NCBI RefSeq assembly: GCF_001194135.2
Contig: NC_068986.1
Coordinates: forward strand, 81,612,834 to 81,676,833
DNA from: Octopus bimaculoides
Taxonomy: Eukaryota
DNA: 64,000 nt
Reading direction: 5' to 3'
Of the stretch, positions 24,956-39,087 are shown piece by piece. Position 1 is the first letter of the stretch, and each line of letters begins with the position of its first letter. The position numbers were made by a program, and so were the translations under genes. Under the pieces are notes generated by a model, which was not told the DNA's origin, searched no databases, and saw only the letters and a program-made list of their open reading frames with translations.

Positions 24956-25115
24956 ATGCTTTTACATGGCACCACACTTTTATGTGTTTCCACACAGGCA
25001 TTTTTACATGGCATCGCGTGGGCACTTTTACGTGGTGCCACACAGGTGTTTTTATGTGGTGCCACATAGGTGTTTTTATGTGGTGCCACATGGATGCTTT
25101 TATGTGGCACTTTTA
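24956..25115. repeat. ~24-bp minisatellite expanded inside a family C repeat
   Basis: About six units of GGTGTTTTTATGTGGTGCCACA(C/T)A; the same motif occurs in fewer copies in the 7029 and 1345 elements. Confidence 0.8.
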
Positions 25116-27049
25116 CATGATTCTGCACATAGAAGTACCCATGTGTGTGTCTGTGTGTATACATATATCCAAAACTGAGTCCTTTGCCTAATTTTCTCCC
25201 CAAAACATCTCCACTATCCTTCAACTCTCTAACTGTAGTTTTTCCTTGATAGTGCTAAATTTTCTCAGTGTCCAGAACCATTTTATTTGATATCCATCCT
25301 TCATCCTCAATATTGTCCTCTTCATCCACATTTTACATTGACACTCCCCACCTGAGCCACCAAATGACCTCATTTCTCACTCTCCCAATGTACTATCTCA
25401 GCCTCCCCCCGTATATTCTTGCAACTTATCCAACCACTCAAAATCTCTTTCATCTTTCCCTCGTCTACTGTATCATCATTACCAGTCTGCATCTCTCCAC
25501 CCCCATCAGCATTGATCATCTCTACCCATTACTCATTATTCAGTACATCCATCCCTTAATCCTACCCAATCTCTACAGTTATCACCTACTCTTCCCTATC
25601 GCCCCTACCTATCATCTAATCAACACTTGTTCCTTCATTAATTATATTCACTGCTTCATCCATTCCCCATCTCTCTCTCTCCCCCGTTCACTCATCCAAC
25701 CTCTATCCATCTACATTCCTGGTACTTTTGCCCTTGTTCACTTTTTCTCACCTTGTACAGTGAGGGTTTATATAGACACCTCATCATTATTATTTTTATC
25801 TCTTCCTTGCTCCACCCTGATCATCCCCCACCCTCTCTTAAAAAGGTGAACAGCCTTGTGGCCCCTCTACTAGAAGAAACTTGTTCTGTTCTGGCCCTTT
25901 CACTGAAACTTTAACCCTTCCTAGCATAAAGCAGCATTACTTGGGGTTAATAGTCTTGCAAGCTGTATGATGACCTCATTAGTGCTGGTGGCATGAAAAA
26001 GCTCCCAGTACATGCAAAGTGGTTAGCATTAGAAAGGACATCCGGTCAAAGAAGCCGTGTCAAAGCTGACAGTGGAGCATGATGCAATACTTGGAGCCAC
26101 TGGATTGTGTCATGCTGTTCAACCCATGCCAACATAGAACAAGGATGTCAAATGATGGCGATGATGACCATAACATTAAAATTCAACATTGCCACCACCT
26201 AATAACTACTTATAAATGTATAAAATATCTTCAATGACAAAAATACATGACTATTATGTACCATCATAATTACTATGTTAGTTTCCATTCACCTTTCCTT
26301 CCATGAACACCACTGTAGATACTATCTAATCAAACACTTGAAGGTGGTAGTGCTATATTTGGACAAGGACATCTGCATAAAGTCAATTCTTTCCGAAATT
26401 ATATTCCACTATTTAACAAGTGGTAGGATGCATTGGATTGGGTAGTGTAGTTGTAGATACAGAAAGTCTCTAAAGAGATTTGATTGTCAGGACTGGAATG
26501 TCCATTATTTTAGATCTGTTCAGTCAAGTTTCATTGGGGTAGGTGGGGGAGGCGGTTAAAACAACGACAACAACAATAATTTCTTTAATTTCCTTGCAGT
26601 CTTCTTTTGAGTTAGACATCTCACAACTTTGTTCTTCATAACCAATAGCCACCATCTAGAAATGTGAACAGTGTTTGATTAAATTAGTCTGTGACAGGCT
26701 GTTACGGCTTACCACATCACAGTTCATTGTCTTGGATGGTTTCAGTGTTATCAATGTTGAAGGCATTACATACAACCCCATACTTCTATACAAATGCACA
26801 CTAACTACAGTGGCTATATCAACAATAATGACCAAAGGAAAGTGATCAGTAGCTCAGTAGTTATAGAAAGTTATCACAGTATCATGCAGAGCACTTTAAC
26901 ACTGTATGGGGACAGACCAGTTGTTCAAAAGACGCATCACTACTGGAAGAAAAGCAAAAAAATTATATTATAAATATAAATTCAATAAAATGATTACAGT
27001 TTAAATTATATTTGCGAAAAATTTTCTTAGGTGTACTCTCACTAGGAGT

Positions 27050-27350
27050 TTCCTTGGGCAAGTGTCTTTTGTTATAACTTCGGGCCGTCCAAAGCCTTGT
27101 GAGTGGATTTGGCTGATGGAAACTGAAAGAAGCTCCTTGTATAAATATGTGTGTGTATATATATGCATATGTACATGTATGTCTTTGTGCTGTGCTTGTC
27201 CCACATTATTGCTTAACAACCTGTGTTGGTTTGTTTACATCCCCATAACTTAGCACCAGATTTAAAATATAAGTACTAGGGGTCAATTTATTCAACTAAA
27301 CCCTTCAGTATGGCGACAGTCCAGTGACTAAAACAAGTAAAAGATAAAAG
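27050..27350 (+). mobile_element. Family B SINE (5'-truncated)
   Basis: CCTTGGGCAAGTGTCTTT...GCCTTGTGAGTGGATTTGGCTGATGGAAACTGAAAGAAGC...GAAACAAGTAAAAGATAAAAG. Confidence 0.8.
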
Positions 27351-29059
27351 ATGCATATGATTTTCTATGTTCAGTGATTATCAAGAAATAGCCATCACTA
27401 TGCAAATAAAAGACTGCACAGGCTTCAAAGCCTTGGCTGAAAGCAAATGATGTTCAGCTTTAATTTCCTTATGTATATTGGATTTCGAAAACTATATGTA
27501 GTTCTATAATCTAACTGTATATAATTAATTGAATTGCAACTGCAGACATGGCTGTGTGTCTATAGAATTTACTTTGTTACCATGTGATCTTGAAACCTAT
27601 CTCACTGCCTGCTATGTTGGGCAAGTGTCTTCTGTAGCCTTGGACTGACCAATGCCTTGTGTATGAAATTTGCAGATGGAATTTGTGTGGAAACCTGTTG
27701 CATGTATATGTATAATATATCATCATCATCATCATTATGTTCATTTAATGTCCACTTTTTCATGTTTGCATGGGTTAGATGGGAATTTGTTGAGGCAGAT
27801 TTTCTGTCACTATATGCATTTCCTGTCTCTAACCCTTAACTTTTTGCATGCAAGTTACAATTTCGCCATGAATGACTGGAAACTAACAAACACAGCACAA
27901 CACAAACTCGCAAGTACATACATGATGGGCTTCCTTCTGTTTCTGTCTACCAAATGCACTCACAAAACTTTGGTTGACTTTGGGGCTATAGTAGAAGACA
28001 CCAGCTCAAGGTATCGCACAGTGGAACTGACTCTGAGGACCAAATCATCCCATAGCTCTGAGTTGAAAAAAAATACTTAACTGGAAAAACGGGTAAGGGT
28101 TAGTAACACGAAAAGCATCTGGTTATAAAACAGTACCTCAATACATATTTATCTAATTCTTTTTAGTATGGAAAAATGTATGTAAAACCTGAAGGAACAA
28201 ACAGAATTGTCTACCATTTCAACTATTTAAAATGTTATCCCTTACATAGAAATTATGAAAACATGTACAGGTTGTAATAAACATTGTTTCAATGGCTATA
28301 TGTATGTAAAACAGAATTGATGAAACTTATATTACAGGTGCTTAGAGAAAAAATTTATTGACAACAAGGTGGATATTGAAATTATATATTCAAATTTGAT
28401 TTTCATTAGTTTAATGTTTTGTTTTAGAATGTACTTTCAGTTACTTTATTATAAGGATGACTACTTAAAAATAAAAGTTGTGAATGATGGAATACTTTAT
28501 TTGCATTGTTAGGCAGATATTCTCATCCTACATTTTGGGGCATTGTTAAATGGTTCAGTTTTCTAGAGAACATTCTTTGAAAAGGACAGCAACATGCTTA
28601 CATTAAACTTTGAGGAAAAGAAATGAAGGAATATGCCGAGTCCTTAGTTATAAATTTGTCCTATGCTGTCCAGATTATTTTGTCAAATGTTATGGTTATT
28701 TATTCACGTTGGGTTTGAATTAATCATGCATTATCTTTTAGCTTTGAAATTTCAATGATGTGACTGTACATTTTTAGAATGATGTTGTAGGGTATATGTG
28801 TGAGACCAGACCTGGCCAGTTTGAACATAAAACAGATTGAATATGTTGAGCCTGATATGGCCAGTTTAAATGCTAAAGGGCATTAAAACAAGTTCCATAC
28901 AAGAGGTGTATCGTGCTGCTAAAGAAAAAAGGGAGTTGGGAACCTGTATCCAACAAAATCATCACAGTGCCACTCATAACTTGTCACAGTTCAAGCCAAG
29001 TCAACAGTACTTCAGGTCTACATGTCAATAAAGGGTGTTGATGATGAAATGAAAGGGCG

Positions 29060-29275
29060 ATGAGCTGGCAGAAACGTTAGCACGCCGGGCGTAACGCTTA
29101 GTGGCATTTTGTCTGTCTTTATGTTCTGAGTTCAAACTCTGCCGAGGTCAACTCTGCCTTTCATCCTTTCAGGGTCGATTAAATAAGTACCATTTGCGTA
29201 CAGGGGTCAATCTAATCGACAGGCCCCCCCCCCTCCACCCAAATTTCGGGCCTTGTGCCTAGAGTAGAAAAGAAA
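29060..29275 (+). mobile_element. Family A SINE, well preserved
   Basis: GAGCTGGCAGAAACGTTAGCACGCCGGGCG...GAGTTCAAACTCTGCCGAGGTC...CGGGCCTTGTGCCTAGAGTAGAAAAG; CpGs retained. Confidence 0.85.
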
Positions 29276-30538
29276 TGAAAGTAAATATTTTCTTTCAGTT
29301 GAATGTCACATAAGAGGAAATATGTAAATAGGATATTGTAATTATTGTGGATGACTTTGTCCAGTGAGGACAGAGGAAAGTTGGATGGGAGGCTGCCATT
29401 GGCTTATTCTTAACAGTCGACAGAAAACCTATTGAGAGTCTTGGAATTCTGGACAAAGTAAAATCTCACAGTAACCAAAATGTTCTTAGATAGTAAATTA
29501 TTAGATAAGAAAACCTGAATTTCTTCCAGGTATTAGCTCATATATCAGCAGGCAATGAAAAAAATCTGTTTGAGACTTGTGTGATTCGAGAAGCAGACAT
29601 TAGTTCTGATCAATGCATGATTAAAGGCACTTTAAACATAAACAAAATAATTTCTTTTTTCAAATTAAAAAAAATATCCCAAAACCTTTTTGATATTTGC
29701 AAATTTAATGAAAGTTTCCTCATATTAGTTGCACTCCAATAACCAATATGTCGCATTAAATGCAAAAATGGATATATCAGTAAATTCAGACATTACCATT
29801 GAGAAAAAGAAGAAAGAGAGGAAAATGTCGAGAGCAGTAGATATCACTAGAGACATGAGATGTTATAATAGATAAGTGCTGGCTGAGAACAGAAAGTGAA
29901 GAGATGAACTTGAAGATAATGAAGATCAGCGCTAGAGAGGTAGAGAGGTGGAGTAGAAAGCAAGCATTGATTGTATCTTAATGTCACCATTGCTGTTTAT
30001 CAGGTCAGTCCTGTCAACACCATCATGATCATTATCAAAGTCATATCATTGTCATCACTGTCATTGTTGTCATGATCACCACCACCATTACAATCATTAT
30101 AAATGAATCAAGAATTAAAACTCTGGTGTTACATATGTTAGGCCACTACCACCGCTACTCTACTATCGTTGGAAGGGTAATTACTTTAATATTGTAAATA
30201 ACTATCTCCAGCATATTTGTGGTATCCCTGTATATTAATGGTACCTCAGTTTATTAGGAGTACCTGTTCACCATGATTTCTTTTGGTAATTGAACGAAGA
30301 AATGTCAGGCTAGAGCTGAGAGAGAGCATAGTGCATGCAGTAATGTTTGGTCCAACATAGTTGCACCAAACAGGATTAATGCTGCAGTAACAGCAGCTGC
30401 AGCAACAACAACAACAACAACAGTAGAAGCAATTGATTCAAAATAAACAAAATCTGACATTTAAAGTCAGGTTCAATATTAAATGACATTTGAGAGATTA
30501 AAATACTTCATATTCTTACTGTCATAATAATAATAATA

Positions 30539-30598
<60 letters not shown>

Positions 30599-31369
30599 TG
30601 GTGCAAATATCCCTCAGTGTGTGCATCACTTTTCATTGGTGTGTTTGTGTATGTGTATTTATTTCTTTGAGTTTAAGATAATTTTTGGTCATTTTAATTT
30701 TCTTTTTAAATTAGTCTTTCATGATAAAGTTCACACTCAAATTTCCTTTTATATTTCCAAGTTTCTGGAACACAGCTTTCTTGACTTACCAACACACACA
30801 CACACACACACACACACACCATGTAGAAGCTCCTTCATTGGATAGCAGACTCTGGTAAACTAGACAATATAAAGTGTATAGCTGCTGCTACTGTTGTTAT
30901 TCAGCTCTGCGATTAATTACATCTATGATCAGACATTCCAGCAATGACCATTATGTTTACTTAAGATTATCTACAACTACATTATTTCTTTATTTAAGGT
31001 GGTAGGCTGTGATTTCAAGGAGATTTAGCTGCTATTTCCAGCAAGATGAGCTGCCATGTAGCAGTTACTTTGTAGGTTGTGGTATTTTCAAGTTCAGTGT
31101 TACTCAGTGGCTCTGTAACAGCTGTTGCTGGTTCTTTCACTGGTTTTAACAATATACACTGTGGTATATCAATATTTTAATAGATGTTATGTTGATAATT
31201 TTAATGCCAGATTGAATATAGAAACTTGTTTGTATTTGTGTTTATTCTAATTAATCATATAATCAAGATAAACACAGTTTACTGTAAAGCTGTTTGTAGT
31301 TTTGAGTGACAGGTTTTGAGATTACAATAAAAACTTAAATTTCCATTCTTACTGCATATAGTTTTGTTG

Positions 31370-31527
31370 AGAATTCCACCCAAAGACAGTTCCACTTAAA
31401 AACAATTCCACTTAAAGACATTTCTACCCTTGAAGACATTTCCACCCAGTGACAGTTCCACCCAATGACAGAGCCACTTAAAGACATTTCTACTCTTGAA
31501 TGAGAGTTCCACCCAAAGACAGTGCCA
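31370..31527. repeat. Degenerate 16-19-bp minisatellite (GACAGTTCCACCCAAA-like), about 10 units
   Basis: Repeating GACA(G/T)TT(C/T)C/TAC...AA period visible throughout. Confidence 0.75.
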
Positions 31528-31757
31528 TACAGGGGCAATGCCTCATAAAATAAATTTGCACAAAGACATGCTTTTCTGTGTATGTATAAAAATGCAAGTG
31601 CTTTCCCAAATAAAATTACACTTTATTTTTAAAGCTCTGATGAAACTATAGGGTAATACTTAAGCATTCAGCTATGAGTGTATTGCAGCTTATAGCAGAA
31701 ACAGATGTAAGGTAATGAAGTTTATAGCCTAATTGTTTTTCCTTTGACATTTTAATT

Positions 31758-31869
<112 letters not shown>

Positions 31870-34800
31870 GTTTGTATGTATGAACACTCTCATTCATCTA
31901 TTTCTCATCATCATAATCACTTTTAATATTCATTTTCTATGCTTACATAGATCAGAAGGAATTTGTTAAAGCAAATTTTCTCGGGCTGGAAGGTCTTCTC
32001 ATCACCTCTACTCACCTGGTAATATTTCCAGACAAATTTTTCATGGAAGACTGAAAGCAAATAGCATTGCTTGTTTACAGTCATCAAATAATGTCAAGAC
32101 AAGAACACACACGCACACGCACATGCACACACACACATACAACTGGCTTCTTTCAGTTTCTGTCTGCCAAATCCATTCAAGGTTTAAGTCAGCTTTGAAT
32201 GGATTTGGCAGACAGTGGGGCTGGAAAAAAAACAAAAAAACTGGATAATTTGGTTGATGGCCAAGAATGTATTTACACACGTTCAAAAACTATATGTGGA
32301 TTATGATCATCACATAATCATCATTTTTATGGTCACCTTTTTCTCTTTTTCATGCTGGCATGGTTTGGCCAAGGCTTATTGTGGTAGTATTTTATGGCCA
32401 GATACATTTTCCCCTGTTGTCAACCTTTGTTTTCAAGTAAGGTACTTACTGTCTTGGTTTTTTTCACCTGATGAACTAGACAAGTTACAGCAGATACAAA
32501 CAATGACACTGCTTCCTAAATAGTGATATTGTTTTATGCTTATTTTTATGAGCAATGTTTATGACACACATGGGGGAAGACACAAATACATATGCACACA
32601 CACACAACATACTCCCCCCCCCCACACAATACAGCCACATATATGACAGACCTCAGTACAGTTAGCTTTCTACCAATTTTTGCCACAGGGTTGACCTGAG
32701 GCTATTGCAGAAGCCACTTGCCTATGATGTTGCAATAAACAAACCCAAAACTACAGGGTTATAAAGCAGACTTCTTAACCATGCAGCCATACTTGCTTTA
32801 TAATTAAATTGCCTATTCTTTTCATGTCTTTGTCACTTCTGTATTTAAAATATGGTATTAGTTTTGTCCAAAAGTGCCTAGAATTATAGTTATTTGCAAG
32901 CAAAATGTTTCTTTTGGTACTAAACTATCTCAAAATTTTTATTTCTAACTAGATATTCCAAAACTAAACAAAACTGGAAAATATCTTTATTAGTAATGTT
33001 TTTTCCTATGCGTGGAAAAAAAATTAAATGTGAATAGAAGTTCTGGTTTTATATCATAATTGAATATTGGAGTGACTAAAGTAACATTAACAGTATATAT
33101 AATTAACCCTTCAGCATGCAGATTACTCAGTTAAATGTAATGCTTATTTATTCACTGGGTTTTTTTTTGTTGTTTTTATTGTGCATTATCTTGTAACTTC
33201 CAGATTTTGATGATATCATTGTAAAAATAAATCACATCATCAAAATCTAGGGTAAGTATGAAATGCTGGATCATGACCAGTTTGAACATAAAACAGGTAG
33301 AATAGACCAGTTATGGTTGGTTTAATATTATCATTATTTAGTTTTTATATCAAAATCATTTATATGACAAAACATGAACTGTATAAGAAAATCTTATTTC
33401 TTAAGTTATATTTGTAATTTCTACAGATTTTCTGTGTATATAACATTATCTGTGAAAAATCCATTTTCATTCTTTTTACCATAGTGCTAAGTTCCACTTG
33501 AAATCTCTACTCTTAACATAGCTAAAAATTAAATTTTTTCATTGAAAGTTAAATAAGGTTATTAATTGAATTTTGTATTTGTTAGGGCTTCATTTTTAAT
33601 TCAAAATGAAAAAAAAAAATCAATGTTGAAAGTATCCACTGTTATCTTCATCATCAAACAGTATAACATACATCTCAAAATCTGAAATTAGTTATAAATG
33701 ATGCTGTGAAATTGGTTAGTTTTAGTAAATCAAGGCCACTGATTGCAAAAATGTTCAGTTATGTGAAAATATGGAGAGTCTGCCTGTAACTTTGTTATTA
33801 AATGCTGAAGTGTGCTGGTTATTGTGTTGAAAAATTCTGGTGATTTTCAAATTGCATGAAGAAATTATGTTTCTAAACATGCTTAGCTTTTAACCAAACT
33901 AAAAATTCTATGTTGAAGGATAAAAATTATTAACCTTAGTTATCTTTATGATAACTGAGGTTAACTATTGCCAATGCAGGCTACCAATATATTTTGTTTC
34001 ATTGACCAGAGTAAAATGAATGTACATAAAGTTATAAGTTGAAACTCTGGGATGATTTTATTGCTGAAAATCATGTCAAGTGTTTTGTAAACCCCCAGGT
34101 ATGCAAAGTTTGAGAAACTCTACTCTAGTTAGAGATAACTACATGTAAATTATTAATGTAAAATATCATAGTACATCCACATAGTATGTTGACTAATTTT
34201 AGTTATCTTCTTCTTATTGCCTTGTTGACTGATCAAATGTTTGAGATCAAATTACAATCTTCCTTGACTATTCCACATTTCACCCTTGAAGTGCTAGCAT
34301 ACATTTGCCATAGTGCATTTGCATGTGAGCTACAGTAATGAACCTGGACACGCTGACGTTCACATATATTCTGTGTTTTGGAATTCTGGCAGTGATTCTA
34401 ACCTGTTATTACAGTCCATTTATTGGCATACTGACAAATGGTATTGATAAATGCATTATTTATTACTTATAAAAGTAAAAAATAAATAAAACTCAAAATT
34501 TGGGACAAAACAGTTGCATCATTTTAATATTGTTTAATAAAAATCTCCAGATATTGAATATTTTATCACACCATTTCATTCTTTTTGTTGGAAGAATATG
34601 AAAATCTAATTTATCAGAAAATTTGCTATAGCAACGGTTTTCGTCTAAAATGTAAAGGATATATCATTATGTCAGTTGCTATGGTTACCATGAAGGCAGG
34701 AAGTTAGTATTTTTTACAGATCATTGCTGTTAAGTTGGAATTACTGACTTTAAATGTAAGAATAGTAACTTGTCCAGTTAGTTGGTTGTTGTTTCTCATG

Positions 34801-35456
34801 ATCTATTTTGATATAAGTAAACAAAGTTTACTCCTCACATCAACTTCTTGTGCCATTAGTGTCAGTTAATCGGAGAAAGATACTCAAGTATCTGTCTATG
34901 ATTAACTGAATGTTGTGATTCACTTCACTGCCACATAGTTCTAAGTTTGGGTTCACTGTATGATACTTTGGGAAAATGTGTATGTATATGTTTTCTTCCA
35001 TAATCACAGATTGACCAGTGCCATGTGAGTAGAATTTGGTTCAATGAAACTGCCTGGAAACAATGCAGAAGCTCTGTGTGTATGTGTGTGTATAAAACCA
35101 TACCAAAGCTATCACTTTAAAAGAGATTGTGGCCTCAGAGCATGTACCATAATTTTGCCAATTGTTTAAGTTAATGTCTGTAGATATACACACCCTGTCA
35201 GCCTCTTCCTTGCCAGAGTAGTTGGGATGTGACAGCTAGAAGGAGAGAGGGCTATACAAGTACTAGGCTGGCACTTATTTTCTTTTGACTAAACTCAAGC
35301 AATGTGAAATGAGATGTCTTACATAAGAACACAATGTGCTACCCTGTTCAGCAATCAAACCCATGACCTTGTGGTTGTGAGCCCAACATCCAAACCACTT
35401 AAGCCACATGCCTTCTCATATATGTATACCTATATATGTGTATCTATGTATACATA

Positions 35457-35517
<61 letters not shown>

Positions 35518-37310
35518 TTTTCTCATTGACTATTCCTCTTTTTCACTCTCCCTATGCTTTTCTCTTTCTTCTGATAAAATACATTGGAAATGTTTAGACT
35601 ATTTCTTTTTCCATTAATGCATACTATAATAGCTAATACTGTAATACTTGTTCTTTCTGTGTTGTCTTTCATTTACAATGTATATGGTATCTGTGTGTGT
35701 ATGTCTGTGCTTTGTGTCTCAGACAAAATAAGTATTTTGTGGCAAACTCATCCAATCCATGTCTATATAGAAAAGTAGATGTTGAAACAATGGTGATAGC
35801 AATGACAAGTCCCTTCTAAAATATTCCCTGTAAGATACCTTTCAGTCTTTGGCCTGTTAACTACCCTAGGTATATTGGAAAGCAGAAAGTTGAGCTGAGT
35901 TTAGCTAGGAACAGAGGGCAAATTGGAAGAGGGCAAATTCAAAGTATTTCACTTTATATATAGTTTTGTCCTTTTATGGTTTGAGTTCAAATCCTGCTCA
36001 GGTCTTTAGTTTCATCCTTGTGACACAGGTGAAATAATTAGCAGTCTACAACATGTGTCAGGATGGATGTGAGCAACTATTCCCTAAATAACGGTGCCCC
36101 AGCATGACCAATGATTAATTACTAAAAGCGGTAGAAAGATTAAAGAAATGTGATTTTATGATTTAACTATGAAATGTGTTATTTTTAACACCTGAGAAAT
36201 ATTGAAAGAAGAAAGATTTATTGTTCACAATAAATTGTGTTCACGCACACGTGTGTGTAATTATTTACTAGAAGAAGGTGACAGATGAATTACATGTAAC
36301 TGTGACCTCATGTAACAACACAACTCCAGTAGTTGTTTGAACTAGTTCCCCGTTGGCCTTGTTGAAGAAAAGATTAAACTGTTCATAATCAGAGAACAAA
36401 TAAAACTGAATACATCAAACCTAAATAATCTTCATGTTTATTACTGTCATTTACTTTTAAATAATTTTAAAGACAGATTGCCTTTTGAAATGTTGTTTCT
36501 GTCTGAGAAATAAAGTCTTATCACCAAAGCTCTGCTATGGAATTGTTCTTTAACTCTTTCTAGTCTAGCCCTACAGTATTCCATGTCAGAAATATGATAT
36601 AGTTACTGTGGAGAAATAAAATTGTTTCTAAGATGATCTCATTCAGTCATTGAATTTCATCTTAGAAATAAGAATTTTTAATGCTGACATGAAATTTTTC
36701 TCTGTGAAATGAGCATGACATATATCATGAAAATATAAAAGTTATTTTTTTGTCAATGGTTATTTAAAGAATGAAGAATGATTTTTTTTTTCTTAAATTT
36801 TACTTTTGGCCTTTAAATATGTCACCCAGTTCTATCCAACATATAATTTCCTAGTCAAGCAAAGGGTGTGTAGAAAATACTAAAATTGGTAACACAAATG
36901 TAAATATCTATGAACACTACTTTCTTCAGATAATAATAATAATAATAATAATAATTAATAATAATAATAATGATTTCTTTCAAAGGGTTTACATCAAGAA
37001 AAACATGGACAGTACAAGACAAAACATTGAATGTGTGTGTGTTGTGTGTAAACAAGTTTAACAAAAAAAGCAATAACACTTTAAGAATGTGCCCATAGTA
37101 GCTGTTAGGTTTAATAGCAGTTAGTGTAAAATGCATTCAAATACAAACCATCTTGATTTTATATATATTACATTTGTAGTTCATATTTTTGTTTGTGTAA
37201 TGGAATGATAAAAAGGGTGTATGCTTTATTATATCATAGAATGATTGGAAGGGTGTGTGTCTTACTGTGTATTGAAATGGAAGCAAGAAGGGTGTATTTC
37301 ACATACTTAA

Positions 37311-37530
37311 CCCTTTAGCATTCAGATTACTCCATCAAGCGTAATGTTTATTTGGTCACATTAATTTGAATTAATCATGCATTATCTTGTAGCTTTGGAA
37401 TTTCAATGACGTCAGTGTTTATTTTTAGAATGATATTGTAAAGTAAGTGTAACAGGCCAGATCTGGCCAATTTGAACATAAAACAAGTAGGATATCTTAG
37501 CTGGATATAGCCATTTTAAATGCTAAAGAG
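37311..37530. mobile_element. 220-bp TTAA-flanked MITE (second piggyBac-like family)
   Basis: TTAA at 37307-37310 and 37531-37534; TIRs CCCTTTAGCATT / AATGCTAAAGAG (11/12 match). Degenerate relatives at about 28660-28885 and 33109-33330. Confidence 0.88.
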
Positions 37531-37893
37531 TTAATATTTTAATCCTCAGACATGGCTCGATTTATGTCTGCTGGTACCATTGTACCAGCATGACATAATT
37601 TTAATACTATTACCACAGACACCACCACCAACTCCAACACCACTTGAGGTACATTATCAAGCCAGCCAATAGAGTGGTATGATACCATTACATATTGATT
37701 TCTAATGTAGACTCTTAGTCTCAAACTTGGAGAATGTCTATAGTCAATTAGATCTACCTCAGTACTCAACTGGTATGTTACTTATAGGTGCCATGCTCAA
37801 ATAGATGAAGAGCAAAGTCTATCTGGTATGATTTGAACTCATAATTTAAAGATGTACTTTTAGTAACACAGCATTTTATCCCTCATTCTGCTG

Positions 37894-38166
37894 ATTCTAT
37901 CCAATCCATTATCATTTTACCAGACATTCTGTCCAATCCACCACCATTTTGCCTCTCATTATGTCCAGTCCACCACCATTTTACCAGTCATTCTGTCCAA
38001 TCCGCCACCATTTTGCAAGTCATTCTGTCCAATCTACCACCATTTTGCCAGTCATTCTGTCCAATCTGCCACCATTTTACCAGTCATTCTGTCCAATCCA
38101 CCGCCATTTTACCTGTCATTCTGTCCAATCCACCACCATTTTGCCAGTCATTCTATCCAATCCACC
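37894..38166. repeat. 32-bp minisatellite, 8.5 copies (ATTCTGTCCAATCCACCACCATTTTGCCAGTC)
   Basis: Units start at 37894, 37926, 37958, 37990, 38022, 38054 (33 nt), 38087, 38119 and 38151 (partial); no spacers. Confidence 0.95.
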
Positions 38167-38819
38167 CCTTCCCTTGTAAAGTTGAGTATTGTACTGGTCT
38201 AAGGATAAAAGTGATTGAGATATAATGTCGCTACATTAGAGTAAGAGTTGTCAAATTGTTAGGGTTCTGGGTATTCTGCGAGGTGTATGTGGAGACAAAG
38301 AGAAAGAGAGCTTGGAGAGTAAATCACTTTAACATGAAAACAATAAAATACAGTGTTCAAAGCATTATTAAGGGACATTATGGTATTTCTTATGTCTTGG
38401 TTAGCAAAAAGAAATGATTGTATTATTTGGGAAGTGGAGCATGGCCGTCATTCTGTGTTCTAAGTAGAAATCTAACAGTCCTTCACTTGTTGAAGCTTCA
38501 AATGAAGCTTTCATCCTTCACCAATCAGTAAAATAGCTTCCAGCAATCTGTTTTATTCCCTATCATGTCCTTCTTGAAGTATGTTATACTAATCTGTCTT
38601 CATATAGAAATATCTGAATTGATCATCAGTTGCCTCTAAGACTTTTTCTTCCTAATGACTCTGAGAGTAAACGTCTAAATATTGTTTATTAAGCAAATTC
38701 TTGGGGATACCTCAGTGCAGTTTACTGTCAGAGTTTACTTATCACAGATCATTATTATCACTCTCCTTATTATTAAGGTGGTGAGCAGGCAGAATTGCTA
38801 GCACACTGGACAAAATGCT

Positions 38820-39045
38820 TATCTTTCATCTTTTACTTATTTCAGTCATTAGATTGCAGCCATGCTGGGGCACCTCCTTGAAGAATGTTTTTGTAGTCAA
38901 ATATATTGACCCCAGTACTTAATTTTTTGCTAAACTTGGTACTTATTGTATTGGCTTTTTTTTTTGCCAAACTCAGAAGTTATAGGAACATACACATGTA
39001 GATTCCAGTTGTCAAGTGATAGTGGGGTACAAACACAGACACAAA

Positions 39046-39087
<42 letters not shown>

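Noticed and set aside
24837-25224. Four overlapping 61-113 aa ORFs with repeated peptides
   Set aside because: Produced by the 24-bp minisatellite (multiple of 3) inside a family C repeat.
25268-25849. 193-aa ORF rich in S/P/L/I/H
   Set aside because: Pyrimidine-rich low-complexity sequence that lacks stops for compositional reasons; the opposite strand is GA-rich repeat-tail-like DNA.
26717-26785. Possible terminal exon KYGVVCNAFNIDNTETIQDNEL* with a KDEL-like end
   Set aside because: No upstream coding exons could be linked and no homology recognised; left unsupported.
37894-38225. CRISPR-like array or repeat-protein ORFs (37949-38179, 38013-38225)
   Set aside because: Contiguous 32-bp units with no spacers in a eukaryote; 32 is not a multiple of 3, so the ORFs cycle through frames.
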